Shown here: positions 20,744-28,936 of the stretch, one piece after another
How positions within the stretch are numbered: the stretch's first letter is position 1
How the letters are laid out: each line of letters opens with the position of its first letter
Source of the DNA: a virus
Direction: 5' to 3' (one strand)
Length of the DNA: 49,990 nucleotides
Virus record (IMG/VR): IMGVR_UViG_3300009609_000007
Translations under genes and position numbers: made by a program
The notes under the pieces: generated by a model
Database searches by the model: none
What the model saw: only the letters and a program-made list of their open reading frames with translations
What the model was told of the DNA's origin: nothing

Positions 20744-20853
20744 AAAATAAAAAAGAAAAAATTTATTCCGACTTCAGCAATAAAGAGCATTGCAAAATTT
20801 TATTTAGCGTGAGGTGGAAAACCGTTTATGATTCAGTAAAAGCAGTAAACAAA

Positions 20854-22050
20854 ATGAAAAAACTTTTATTGGCTACCATTCTATTATTCATTATATCCTG
20901 CGAAAACCGACAGAGTGATTCGACAGAAAGCAGAGAATCATCTGCCCCAGCAGCAGTCACAACAAATTACAAACGATATACTCCAAATCAATTTTACAAC
21001 GGTGACTGGGGTAATGCTGTTCAGAAATGTATTGATTCAGCTTGTATAAATGGTTATCCGATTTATGCGACAGGGGTGTATAACTGCGGAACTAAAATAT
21101 TAAAGTTTCCAAAATTCTTCAATGAGATTACTTGGAATAATGACCGTGCGCTTATAATCTGTGGTGGAATTACAAGGGATAGACCCACAACGTTAGCCGA
21201 ATCACAGCAGCAGCAAAATACCAAGATGCAGATTTATGATTTAAAAATTCAGGGCAATGGAACGGGAATAGGATTTGAACCAGGCGCAAACAGTAATTCA
21301 ATATTCTCAAACTTTCAGGTGAGCAATTTTACGACTGCGGGATATTTTCGAACAACACAGAATGGAGATATTCGGAATTGGTCAATTAATGATTGTGTGA
21401 ATGGAATCATGGTTGATGCAGAAACGAATAATGGATTAAACCCCTCACAGACGCAGAGCAACGATACTAAACGGTGGTTTACCCGTATGCACGTATCGAA
21501 CGGATTCAATATGAATATTTGCTTTGGCACATATCATTCTTTCGGTTGCGACATTTACTATCCAGAAACAGAGGGTAATGCTAAGGTGTTCCGTGTATTT
21601 GATACCGATAATTTTGGAAACAATACCGTAAAGATGCAGGTGGTGGTTCAACCTCATTTCGAGTTCACGCAGGGATTTACGACAGGGGGGGCGATGGCAA
21701 GAGTTAAATTGAGCAGTGGTGTATTTAAAATGATTGCGCCTAATCACGATGTGGGAGCATTAGCGAATATGATTTTAGTTGACGCTTCGGAATCGGGCGG
21801 AGCAACTGAAATTATTTTAGAAGATGTTAATAAGTGGGAGCATACGGGAATAATCTTTAAAGGAAATCAATGTCGGTGGAGATTAGACAGGGGGCTTTCG
21901 ATAATCAGTTACTCGGCAAATAATAATCCGACAGTTGAAACAAATATTAAAGCGTTATTTGCAGCGCCAGTTCCGAAACACAATTTAGAAAATTATAATC
22001 AGAATCCAAAGGTTTGGGGGTATAATACTTTCGACTGGACTATGTTTTAA
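20854..22050 (+). CDS. Lipoprotein with a beta-helix-like body (possible polysaccharide-degrading or binding protein)
   Basis: Internal ATG gives MKKLLLATILLFIISC (lipobox-like Cys). Repeats such as IYDLKIQGNGTGIGFEPGANSNSIFSNFQVSNF. Confidence 0.4.
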   Translation: MKKLLLATILLFIISCENRQSDSTESRESSAPAAVTTNYKRYTPNQFYNGDWGNAVQKCIDSACINGYPIYATGVYNCGTKILKFPKFFNEITWNNDRALIICGGITRDRPTTLAESQQQQNTKMQIYDLKIQGNGTGIGFEPGANSNSIFSNFQVSNFTTAGYFRTTQNGDIRNWSINDCVNGIMVDAETNNGLNPSQTQSNDTKRWFTRMHVSNGFNMNICFGTYHSFGCDIYYPETEGNAKVFRVFDTDNFGNNTVKMQVVVQPHFEFTQGFTTGGAMARVKLSSGVFKMIAPNHDVGALANMILVDASESGGATEIILEDVNKWEHTGIIFKGNQCRWRLDRGLSIISYSANNNPTVETNIKALFAAPVPKHNLENYNQNPKVWGYNTFDWTMF

Positions 22051-22052
22051 AT

Positions 22053-22358
22053 ATGAACATTGATTCAATAAAATTAAGTATTAGAACAGTTGTCGAAATT
22101 GTTATTTTCGCATTGACATTTGCGGGAATGTATTACGCTTTCAAAGATGAAATTAAAGACGCAAACCTTAAAGCTGACAATGCTGAAAAAAATATTCTTG
22201 AACTTCGGGAAGAACTTAAAAAATATAAAGGGCTTGATTTGTTCGAATACAAACTTAATACCATCGAAATAAATGTTAAAGAAATTGGCACTCAGGTTAG
22301 CGATATTATTCTCTTATTTGAGCGCAACCGCACAAGAGAAGAAAACCGCAGACGTTAA
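22053..22358 (+). CDS. N-terminally anchored coiled-coil membrane protein (i-spanin-like)
   Basis: TM segment VVEIVIFALTFAGMYYAF followed by a charged helical region. Confidence 0.3.
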   Translation: MNIDSIKLSIRTVVEIVIFALTFAGMYYAFKDEIKDANLKADNAEKNILELREELKKYKGLDLFEYKLNTIEINVKEIGTQVSDIILLFERNRTREENRRR

Positions 22359-22491
22359 AAAGGATTCTGTAATTGTTGAAAAGATTTATCAGCAAACAAA
22401 AAAGTCAGAAACCATTAATGATACCTTGCGTTCCGTTGGAGTGAAATTAGATTACCTCAAAAAAGAACTTGAAAAACAAAATCCAAAGTGA
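22273..22491 (+). CDS. Small secreted protein overlapping the previous gene in another frame
   Basis: Signal-like MLKKLALRLAILFSYLSATAQ. 86-nt out-of-frame overlap with 22053..22358. Confidence 0.35.
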   Translation: MLKKLALRLAILFSYLSATAQEKKTADVKKDSVIVEKIYQQTKKSETINDTLRSVGVKLDYLKKELEKQNPK

Positions 22492-22754
22492 GCGAAACCA
22501 CAAAAGCAAAGGTTCAGGAAATATTACGGAGCTACAATTCAATATTATTAACCGCGCTCGGATTTTTCCTTGTCACCACCTATAATACTTCAGAAAAGAA
22601 ATTCGATAAGCTGGATGATGTAATTATTAAGCAGGCGGTAGTTGAAGTTGTTCAGGCAATGCAGGCCACCCGAACCAATGCCGTTGAATTTGATATACGT
22701 GATATCAGAACGAAGATTGAAGAATTAAGATTAAGACAAAATGATAAACCTTAA
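22488..22754 (+). CDS. Membrane-anchored coiled-coil protein
   Basis: GTG start in a GTGA overlap. TM segment ILLTALGFFLVTTY followed by a helical tail. Confidence 0.3.
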   Translation: MSETTKAKVQEILRSYNSILLTALGFFLVTTYNTSEKKFDKLDDVIIKQAVVEVVQAMQATRTNAVEFDIRDIRTKIEELRLRQNDKP

Positions 22755-22995
22755 ATCATTTATGAAAGACAAATCATTACGAGCTAAATTCGAAAAAGAC
22801 CAAAAAAAAGTCGACATCGGAGTTTCGGTAACCGTATTAAGTTTATTTATAGGAGTAGTCTTATTTCTAAATACAGGTGCCTTGAAATGGCTCTTTATTA
22901 CCGTACTGCCATTTGCTTATACTTTATGGCGAATCTATGTACGTGATTATAACCAGCAGCAAATAAATGAGGGCAACACAAGAAATCTAAAATAA
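22741..22995 (+). CDS. Two-TM small membrane protein (holin-like)
   Basis: VSVTVLSLFIGVVLFL and WLFITVLPFAYTLW hydrophobic segments. Confidence 0.35.
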   Translation: MINLKSFMKDKSLRAKFEKDQKKVDIGVSVTVLSLFIGVVLFLNTGALKWLFITVLPFAYTLWRIYVRDYNQQQINEGNTRNLK

Positions 22996-23002
22996 ATCTT
23001 TT

Positions 23003-23010
23003 TATCTTTG
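23003..23010 (+). promoter_or_regulatory. -7 promoter box TATCTTTG(C)
   Basis: Perfect TAnnTTTG in the gap after 22995. Confidence 0.45.
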
Positions 23011-23046
23011 CAGCATTATAATTCTAACAATCTAAAAAAAATCAAA

Positions 23047-23412
23047 ATGGTACCAGAAGAAATTAACAAGGACTTGCAGGAGATTATTGACGTAACCTCT
23101 AACATCGTAAAAACATTAATCGACAGGCTAAAGGATGGCTGGCAAGCATTGCCCGACCTTATGGCAATGTTTCCTCCGCTAATGGGAATCCAAATGGCGG
23201 TAGAGGGCAATGCAAATGCCTGGGCATGGTTGTTTCCGCTTACTGACGAAAAAGTGGACATTGTTGTGGATGCTGTAATGGCAAAACTCGGAGAAACAAG
23301 CCCGCTCCTTCGTTCGTTCGTTAAACACGTTCTTTTGATAATCGCACACGGTTACATGGCTGTGGCTGAAGCCAAAGAATTGTTCGCTCCAAAAACCGAA
23401 AACCCTTCGTAA
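23047..23412 (+). CDS. Hypothetical protein
   Basis: First ATG at 23047; the track start at 23008 is TTG inside the promoter box. Confidence 0.35.
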   Translation: MVPEEINKDLQEIIDVTSNIVKTLIDRLKDGWQALPDLMAMFPPLMGIQMAVEGNANAWAWLFPLTDEKVDIVVDAVMAKLGETSPLLRSFVKHVLLIIAHGYMAVAEAKELFAPKTENPS

Positions 23413-23413
23413 A

Positions 23414-23629
23414 ATGAGCACTCCAAAAAAACGCTGGTGGAAATCGAAAGTGTTTTGGTTTAATGCCATTACAACTGTAATAAGCCTTGCAGAAGTAGCG
23501 ACGCCAATGAACATTGTTTCCGCCCCTGTAATGCTTGGAATATCTGTCGCAGGCAACACAATCCTTCGTTTATTCTTTACCTCGACAGAGCTTACGGTTA
23601 AGAAGCCTCTTACAGAGTCAAAAAATTAA
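23414..23629 (+). CDS. Small membrane protein (holin-like)
   Basis: 71 aa with two hydrophobic segments (VFWFNAITTVISLA; VMLGISVAGNTILRLFF). Confidence 0.3.
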   Translation: MSTPKKRWWKSKVFWFNAITTVISLAEVATPMNIVSAPVMLGISVAGNTILRLFFTSTELTVKKPLTESKN

Positions 23630-23663
23630 GGCGCTCTTTGTGTTTTGTGGGTAGTTTCTTTTC

Positions 23664-23700
23664 AATTGCCGGTATGCTTAGATGCCGGCAATTACTTTTT
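23664..23700 (+). terminator. Rho-independent terminator closing the structural/lysis unit
   Basis: 12-bp stem aattgccggtat / atgccggcaatt (one G-U), loop gcttag, then acTTTTT. Confidence 0.8.
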
Positions 23701-23815
23701 ATAATCTAACGGCACCGCATATACTTTTTTGGTGTAATAAAAAATAAAGTCTTTGGTAATTAAATAGTTAAACTAATTTTAGTATATTATTTTAGGATAT
23801 TGTTTTTATTGTATT

Positions 23816-23823
23816 TAATATTG
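23816..23823 (+). promoter_or_regulatory. Variant -7 box TAATATTG(C) ahead of the early/replication genes
   Basis: AT-rich 219-nt gap. The same TAATATTGC string recurs at 28461. Confidence 0.35.
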
Positions 23824-23848
23824 CGGCAAATAAAAAACACAAATCAAA

Positions 23849-24781
23849 ATGCACCCACTAATTAAAAAACCATCAGACAAAATTGAAACAAATTTTGTCA
23901 AGGCGCTGTATTATGGCGCTCCAGGCATTGGCAAATCCACGTATGGATTTACGGCTCCTGCCCCTGTATTATTTGACTTCGATGACGGAGTAAAAAGAGT
24001 TCAACCTAACGACAGGCGCGAGTACGTGCCAATCACTTGTTGGGAAGATGTCGAGTCTGTAATTGACAGCGGACTGCCAGAATTTGAGTCGATTATTATA
24101 GACACGGCAGGCAAGTGTTTACAGTACATGGCTCAAGACATTATCAAGAAAGCTCCGCCAAAAGCAAAGTTATCTTGGCAGGGAAATTTAACCCAACAAG
24201 GTTACGGTCAATTAAAGACCAGGTTTCAGCAATTCCTTTTAAAAGTAAACCAACACAAGAAGCATATTATTTTTCTTGCACACGACAAAGAAGTAGCGGA
24301 CGGTGATGTGAGTTTTGTTCGTCCAGATATAGTTGGAGCGTCCTTGGGCATACTGCTAACCGAGATGGATATAGTTGGCTACATCTCAATGTCGGAAGGC
24401 AAGCGAGTTATTTCGCACGACCCAAGCGAGAAGTATTATGGCAAGAATAGTTGCCAGTTAGAGCCGATGATTGAAACAGGATTGCTTCCAATCGCTAAAA
24501 TGATTGACCGCTACAAGGCAAACCAAGATAAAATACACGAAATAGGCTTAAAATACAAACAGACGCTCGCTGACGCACAATCACGCCTTAATAGCTGCAA
24601 TACATTAGACGAGTTTAACGCTGCTTTAAAAGAGCTCGCAGAGGGTTCGCATATATGGGATTCAAAGTTGGTTGTCCGAAATTATGCAAAACAAAGGCTC
24701 ACAGACCTTGGCTACGAATACCGTAACGGGCAATACTACAAAGTTGAGAAAGTAGAACAAGCTGCAATTCCAATGCCATGA
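23849..24781 (+). CDS. RecA-like P-loop ATPase (AAA_24 / Sak4-like)
   Basis: Walker A in YYGAPGIGKST; Walker B-like SIIIDTAG. Confidence 0.55.
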   Translation: MHPLIKKPSDKIETNFVKALYYGAPGIGKSTYGFTAPAPVLFDFDDGVKRVQPNDRREYVPITCWEDVESVIDSGLPEFESIIIDTAGKCLQYMAQDIIKKAPPKAKLSWQGNLTQQGYGQLKTRFQQFLLKVNQHKKHIIFLAHDKEVADGDVSFVRPDIVGASLGILLTEMDIVGYISMSEGKRVISHDPSEKYYGKNSCQLEPMIETGLLPIAKMIDRYKANQDKIHEIGLKYKQTLADAQSRLNSCNTLDEFNAALKELAEGSHIWDSKLVVRNYAKQRLTDLGYEYRNGQYYKVEKVEQAAIPMP

Positions 24782-25413
24782 AGATAGATTACAAAATCTA
24801 TCCTTCCTTGCTTAATAACTTTTCAAACTACATGGCAGGAAGGTATCAAACAAAGGAAGATATTTTGCGCTCGTTAAACCGCATCAAATCTCCGCCCAGC
24901 ATTTACATGGAAAAGGGTTCTGCTCTTGAGCATTGCGTCATGGAGCGAGTCGCTACATATAAAGGGCATACATTTAAAGAGCCTTTAATCACGGAGCTCG
25001 CTGACGCTTTATTGCCCAACGGCACGTGGCAGGTAAAATTAGAAGCGGAATTTCCGCTTGGAGATAAGAACATACTGCTATACGGCTTCGCTGATTACAT
25101 TGCTCAGAACACTTGCTATGACATTAAGGGAACGAACAGGTATAGCGGAGTGAAATTCGCCGACAGCTACCAGCACCATGTTTATCTTTATTGCGCTAAC
25201 AGGATGGGAATATCGGTTACCGAGATGCAATATGTCATCACAAATTATGCCACTACATTTAAAGAGGTGTACGATTACGACCACGAACAAACTGTAGAAA
25301 ATTTAAAGCACATTTGCAGCGAGTTAATAAGGTTCGCTGAACAAAATCGAAAGCAAATATTTGACCCAAAATTCTTTGCCAATGATACGCCTAAGCCCGA
25401 AAGGCAAAGTTAG
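24778..25413 (+). CDS. PD-(D/E)XK nuclease (Cas4/exonuclease-like)
   Basis: GFADYI...CYDIKGT fits D...(D/E)xK. ATGA overlap with the ATPase gene. Confidence 0.45.
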   Translation: MKIDYKIYPSLLNNFSNYMAGRYQTKEDILRSLNRIKSPPSIYMEKGSALEHCVMERVATYKGHTFKEPLITELADALLPNGTWQVKLEAEFPLGDKNILLYGFADYIAQNTCYDIKGTNRYSGVKFADSYQHHVYLYCANRMGISVTEMQYVITNYATTFKEVYDYDHEQTVENLKHICSELIRFAEQNRKQIFDPKFFANDTPKPERQS

Positions 25414-25441
25414 ATTAACATATACCGTACCGTTAGGCTCC

Positions 25442-25912
25442 ATGACGATTAACCGTGACGAGTTTATACGTGACAGGAACAATCTAAATGAAAACGATTT
25501 GTATGATGTTACCCTGCAAAAGCACGAGAAAAAAAGGTCAAATAAGCTCAACCGTTATATGTGGGGCGAAGTGGTTCCTAAGATTGTTTTTGGTTTTAAA
25601 ATCTTGGGCACAAAACTCAATCCGCAGCAAGTGCCAAAAGTTGTCATTGATTCTTTTAAAGCTATGAATAAACACATGGCTCATAATATTATGAAAGACA
25701 AATTTGGCATCACAATAGAATTAGACGAAGAAACTGGCGAAATAAAACCTGTAGAGCCAAGTACAAAGAAAATGACCAACAGCGAGTTCTTGGATTACAT
25801 TACCGAGATTCGCTTGTGGGCATTGCATGAATTAAATGTTAGTATTTTATTACCTAATGAACACGAACAAATGCCAATGGAAGAGTGGCTAAAAATATCA
25901 ATGTACGAATGA
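25442..25912 (+). CDS. NinB/Orf-like recombination protein
   Basis: KKRSNKLNRYMWGEVV and STKKMTNSEFLDYITEIRLWA resemble the lambda NinB pattern (RSLDQNRKLWA ... STSRM..EF). Confidence 0.35.
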   Translation: MTINRDEFIRDRNNLNENDLYDVTLQKHEKKRSNKLNRYMWGEVVPKIVFGFKILGTKLNPQQVPKVVIDSFKAMNKHMAHNIMKDKFGITIELDEETGEIKPVEPSTKKMTNSEFLDYITEIRLWALHELNVSILLPNEHEQMPMEEWLKISMYE

Positions 25913-26286
25913 AAACATTTGAAGACGACTTTGGAAATAAGATTCAGGTTAGCGACCAAGGTGTGCTAACTTTATTCCTGCCAGCAAAAAAAGCTCGCAG
26001 AAACATTGGGAAGATATTCGCTATCAGCAAAACCTTTTCCGTTTGCCGCTGGAAGGCAAAGCACCTTTTAAGAAAAGCAAATGCGTTTGGTTTTAATCAT
26101 TATGTCTTATCTCATGCAAAGACATTTGACAAAGTTTTTATTATGGGCGACACAAATTACATGGTGCCTTTAGATGTGATATTAAAAGAAGGTTTTTATT
26201 TGCACTTCAAACAAGATGGATTTGAGAGGCAAATATTTATGAAATTAGAACAGTTAGAACAATATAAAACAAAATCAAGACTATAA
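25909..26286 (+). CDS. Hypothetical protein
   Basis: ATGA overlap at 25909-25912. Confidence 0.3.
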   Translation: MKTFEDDFGNKIQVSDQGVLTLFLPAKKARRNIGKIFAISKTFSVCRWKAKHLLRKANAFGFNHYVLSHAKTFDKVFIMGDTNYMVPLDVILKEGFYLHFKQDGFERQIFMKLEQLEQYKTKSRL

Positions 26287-26496
26287 ATGGCACTTCAAGG
26301 AGATTGGAAAGAAGAAGTCTTAACAGACGAAACAATAATGACGTTCGGTAAATACAAAGGCCAAAAACTCTGCAACATACCTGACAGTTATTTAATCTGG
26401 CTTCATTCGCAATTAACGTCACCTGGCGCCAATCGCTACGGCAACGCACCTTTAATTCAATACATTCAAACCTTTATCTTAGACTTTAAAAAATAA
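26287..26496 (+). CDS. DUF3820-like small protein
   Basis: MTFGKYKGQKLCNIPDSYLIWL matches the FGK(Y/H)KG..L..IP..YL.WL pattern. Confidence 0.45.
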   Translation: MALQGDWKEEVLTDETIMTFGKYKGQKLCNIPDSYLIWLHSQLTSPGANRYGNAPLIQYIQTFILDFKK

Positions 26497-26498
26497 CT

Positions 26499-26990
26499 AT
26501 GTACGAAATCTCCAAAGAATTTGAATTCGACTACGGTCACAGAGTTCACAACCAAGTATTGAATAAAGAATATTCAATCAATACAATGTGCAAATGCCGA
26601 CACCTGCACGGGCATCGCGGCAAAGTGGTTGTATATTTAAAATCAAAGCAGCTTAATGAGTGTGGCATGGTTACGGATTTTAATCACTTAAATTGGTTAA
26701 AGGAATTAATCGACAACCAATTTGACCACAAATTTTTGTTAGATAAAAACGACCCAATGCAATTAGTTACCTACATAAAGGGCGACAATTTAAAATCAAG
26801 GGAGGCTATTGAAGATGAGGTTCTGGGCGGAATTAATTATGTCGACTTTAATCCAACATCAGAAAACCTTGCTAAAATGTTTTTCGAAATCGTAACCGCG
26901 AAAATGTATAAGCTGGGAATCCTTTGCAGCAAAATAGAATTCTACGAAACACCTAAATCAAAATCAACTTATTTTAATCCACATGGCTAA
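26499..26990 (+). CDS. queD: 6-carboxy-5,6,7,8-tetrahydropterin synthase
   Basis: FDYGHRV plus C33-x3-H37-G-H39 (CRHLHGH), the QueD/PTPS zinc and catalytic-Cys signature. 163 aa. Confidence 0.8.
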   Translation: MYEISKEFEFDYGHRVHNQVLNKEYSINTMCKCRHLHGHRGKVVVYLKSKQLNECGMVTDFNHLNWLKELIDNQFDHKFLLDKNDPMQLVTYIKGDNLKSREAIEDEVLGGINYVDFNPTSENLAKMFFEIVTAKMYKLGILCSKIEFYETPKSKSTYFNPHG

Positions 26991-27774
26991 AAATTTAATA
27001 GTATCAGAAATTTTCGCATCAATTCAAGGTGAAGGATGCACAATGGGATATCCGAGTATCTTTTTACGGCTCGCGGGCTGTAATTTAACCTGCGGAATTT
27101 CGCGTGAAACATTTTCTAAAAGCACAAAGCAATCCTGGCGACAAAGTGAAATAGAAAAAAACAAGCTGCCAGAAGCGACATGGGTTTGCGATACCATTTC
27201 TGTATGGAGAAAAGGCGTACCGTATGTCAACAAAGATTTACTTCACTTTATGAATGTACTTTGCGATTTCGAAACCAAAATTAACCGTGGCTGGCATTTA
27301 GTAATTACCGGAGGCGAGCCATTATTGCAAGAAGAAGCACTGGAAGAATTCCTACAATTCTTGGAAGACTTGGGCATACTGCCATACATTGAAATTGAAA
27401 CCAATTGCACTATTATACCGCAGAACAAAAAATTCATCAAGCGGGTAACGAATTGGAACGTAAGCCCTAAGCTAAATAATTCAGGGATGCCTATAGAGGT
27501 ACGTGAATTCGCAAGAGTGTACAAATGGTTCAACTGGCAGCGTGGAACGATATTTAAGTATGTTATATCAACAGACAAGGATTATCGCGCTGTAGAGCGC
27601 CTAATACAGTCTGGTTGGATTATACGGAACAAAGTCTGGCTCATGCCAGCAGCAAGTTCGCGCCAGGAATTAATTGAAAATAATAAGCGAGTCGCAGAGC
27701 TTGCAAAGAAAAATGATGTTAAATTTTGTACCAGATTACAATTAGAAATCTACAATCGCGCCACTGGTGTGTAA
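26983..27774 (+). CDS. queE: 7-carboxy-7-deazaguanine synthase (radical SAM)
   Basis: EIFASIQGEG...PSIFLRLAGCNLTC...WVCDT; VITGGEPLLQ SAM-binding motif. Overlaps the queD end. Confidence 0.75.
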   Translation: MAKNLIVSEIFASIQGEGCTMGYPSIFLRLAGCNLTCGISRETFSKSTKQSWRQSEIEKNKLPEATWVCDTISVWRKGVPYVNKDLLHFMNVLCDFETKINRGWHLVITGGEPLLQEEALEEFLQFLEDLGILPYIEIETNCTIIPQNKKFIKRVTNWNVSPKLNNSGMPIEVREFARVYKWFNWQRGTIFKYVISTDKDYRAVERLIQSGWIIRNKVWLMPAASSRQELIENNKRVAELAKKNDVKFCTRLQLEIYNRATGV

Positions 27775-27777
27775 ACT

Positions 27778-28359
27778 ATGAGCCCAAAACAAATCACAAT
27801 GGCTGACGAAGCCCAGCGCCAGCAAAAGGCAAAAGACAGTATTCAATACTTGCTGCAATACTTTGGCGAAGACCCTAATCGTGAAGGGCTTGTTGAAACG
27901 CCCAAACGGTATATAAAATTCATGAGGGAGTTTTTTAATCCGCCAGAGTTTGAAATGAAAACCTTTGACAATGACAAGCGGTATGACGAAATGGTGTGCG
28001 TAGACAACATACCGTTCTTTTCATTATGCGAGCATCATCTTGCTCCGTTCTTTGGCACTGCGGCAATCGCATACATACCGGACAAAAGAATAGTTGGCTT
28101 GTCAAAGCTGCCACGCACGTTGGAAAAGTTTTGCCGTAAGCTGCAATGCCAGGAACGTATCACTCAACAAGTATGCGACTATATTATGTCAGAATTAAAA
28201 CCGTTAGGGGTAGGGGTTAAATTAAAAGCTCGTCATTTGTGCATTGAAATGCGTGGCGTTCAGAAGCACGATGTCTTGACAACGACCTGTTCTTTAGCAG
28301 GTAATTTCAAGGAATCGCACGTTAAAGAAGAGTTCTTTAAGCACTTAAAAAACGGGTAA
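27778..28359 (+). CDS. folE: GTP cyclohydrolase I
   Basis: FFSLCEHHLAPFFG and LQCQERITQQ, the type I GCH signatures. 193 aa. Confidence 0.85.
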   Translation: MSPKQITMADEAQRQQKAKDSIQYLLQYFGEDPNREGLVETPKRYIKFMREFFNPPEFEMKTFDNDKRYDEMVCVDNIPFFSLCEHHLAPFFGTAAIAYIPDKRIVGLSKLPRTLEKFCRKLQCQERITQQVCDYIMSELKPLGVGVKLKARHLCIEMRGVQKHDVLTTTCSLAGNFKESHVKEEFFKHLKNG

Positions 28360-28746
28360 AACCTAAAAAAACTATATTGAGACACTAAAATAATGTCGCT
28401 GATTTGCAGCAAGTTACAAGTATTTCTGTTTGAAAATATACACACGTGAAAAAGATAGTATAATATTGCACTATTAAAGTTCATTGACATACTAATTAAG
28501 CAACTAAACCGAAGTCCTGAGACAGGCAAACGGTGGACAAGCTCGACAACTTTGTAATGTGTGAGCCCCATTTGGAAGTAAGGTTTAACAAGCCGGAAGG
28601 CACCGCAGGAAATTAGCTTACCTCGCACAGCAATTATGCAGACAGTAAACAAGGAGAAAGGGCTGCGATTAAATTCGCAGATTCGTGGTTCAATTCCACG
28701 CTCCTTTCAATGTTGCAATACCGCAGCAGGTTAAACACAAAACAAA
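28360..28746 (+). other. 387-nt non-coding island (candidate structured RNA, long leader or attP region)
   Basis: Longest + strand ORFs here are 18-31 codons. The rest of the genome has gaps of a few nt. Contains a TAATATTGC box at 28461. Confidence 0.6.
28651..28710 (+). ncRNA. tRNA-like minihelix (acceptor-like stem + hairpin + canonical T-arm); not a canonical tRNA
   Basis: aaggag(28651-56)/ctcctt(28701-06); ctgcga-ttaaat-tcgcag (28663-80); T-arm cgtgg-TTCAATT-ccacg (28684-28700). No D-arm. Confidence 0.35.
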
Positions 28747-28878
28747 ATGATAAAAGTAAAAGACTTGGGCAAGAAAGGAAAATGCCTTATTGCTCACAAT
28801 GGATTTAAGGTTGGCGCCATAATAAAGGTCACAGAAACTATGATTCAATTTTGGGCTAAATATTGGCAGCCTATTTAA
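28747..28878 (+). CDS. Small hypothetical protein (43 aa, below the ORF-track cutoff)
   Basis: My translation: MIKVKDLGKKGKCLIAHNGFKVGAIIKVTETMIQFWAKYWQPI*. Confidence 0.35.
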   Translation: MIKVKDLGKKGKCLIAHNGFKVGAIIKVTETMIQFWAKYWQPI

Positions 28879-28936
28879 TAATAATTTAACAATTTCAACC
28901 AACACACACAAAAAAAGTCCCGAGAGGGCAACACAC

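Noticed and set aside
20740-20853. 38-codon N-terminal extension of the lipoprotein ORF
   Set aside because: The internal ATG at 20854 gives a textbook lipoprotein signal at the very N-terminus. The extension would bury it.
28501-28620. Group I intron P7-like (ccgAAGUCCUgAGaC), RNase P P4-like (GAAGUCC), hammerhead CUGANGA, or SRP-like CCGGAAGG motif
   Set aside because: Each resemblance is a single 7-12-nt string without the required partner elements. folE upstream is complete (CEHH and QER motifs, normal length), so nothing needs splicing.
28651-28710. Canonical tRNA gene (including suppressor or type II tRNA)
   Set aside because: Only the T-arm is canonical. There is no D-arm, the middle hairpin has a 6- or 8-nt loop, position 72 would be T, and no complementary 5' acceptor strand exists 70-90 nt upstream. 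All long genes are intact in the standard code, so a suppressor is not needed.
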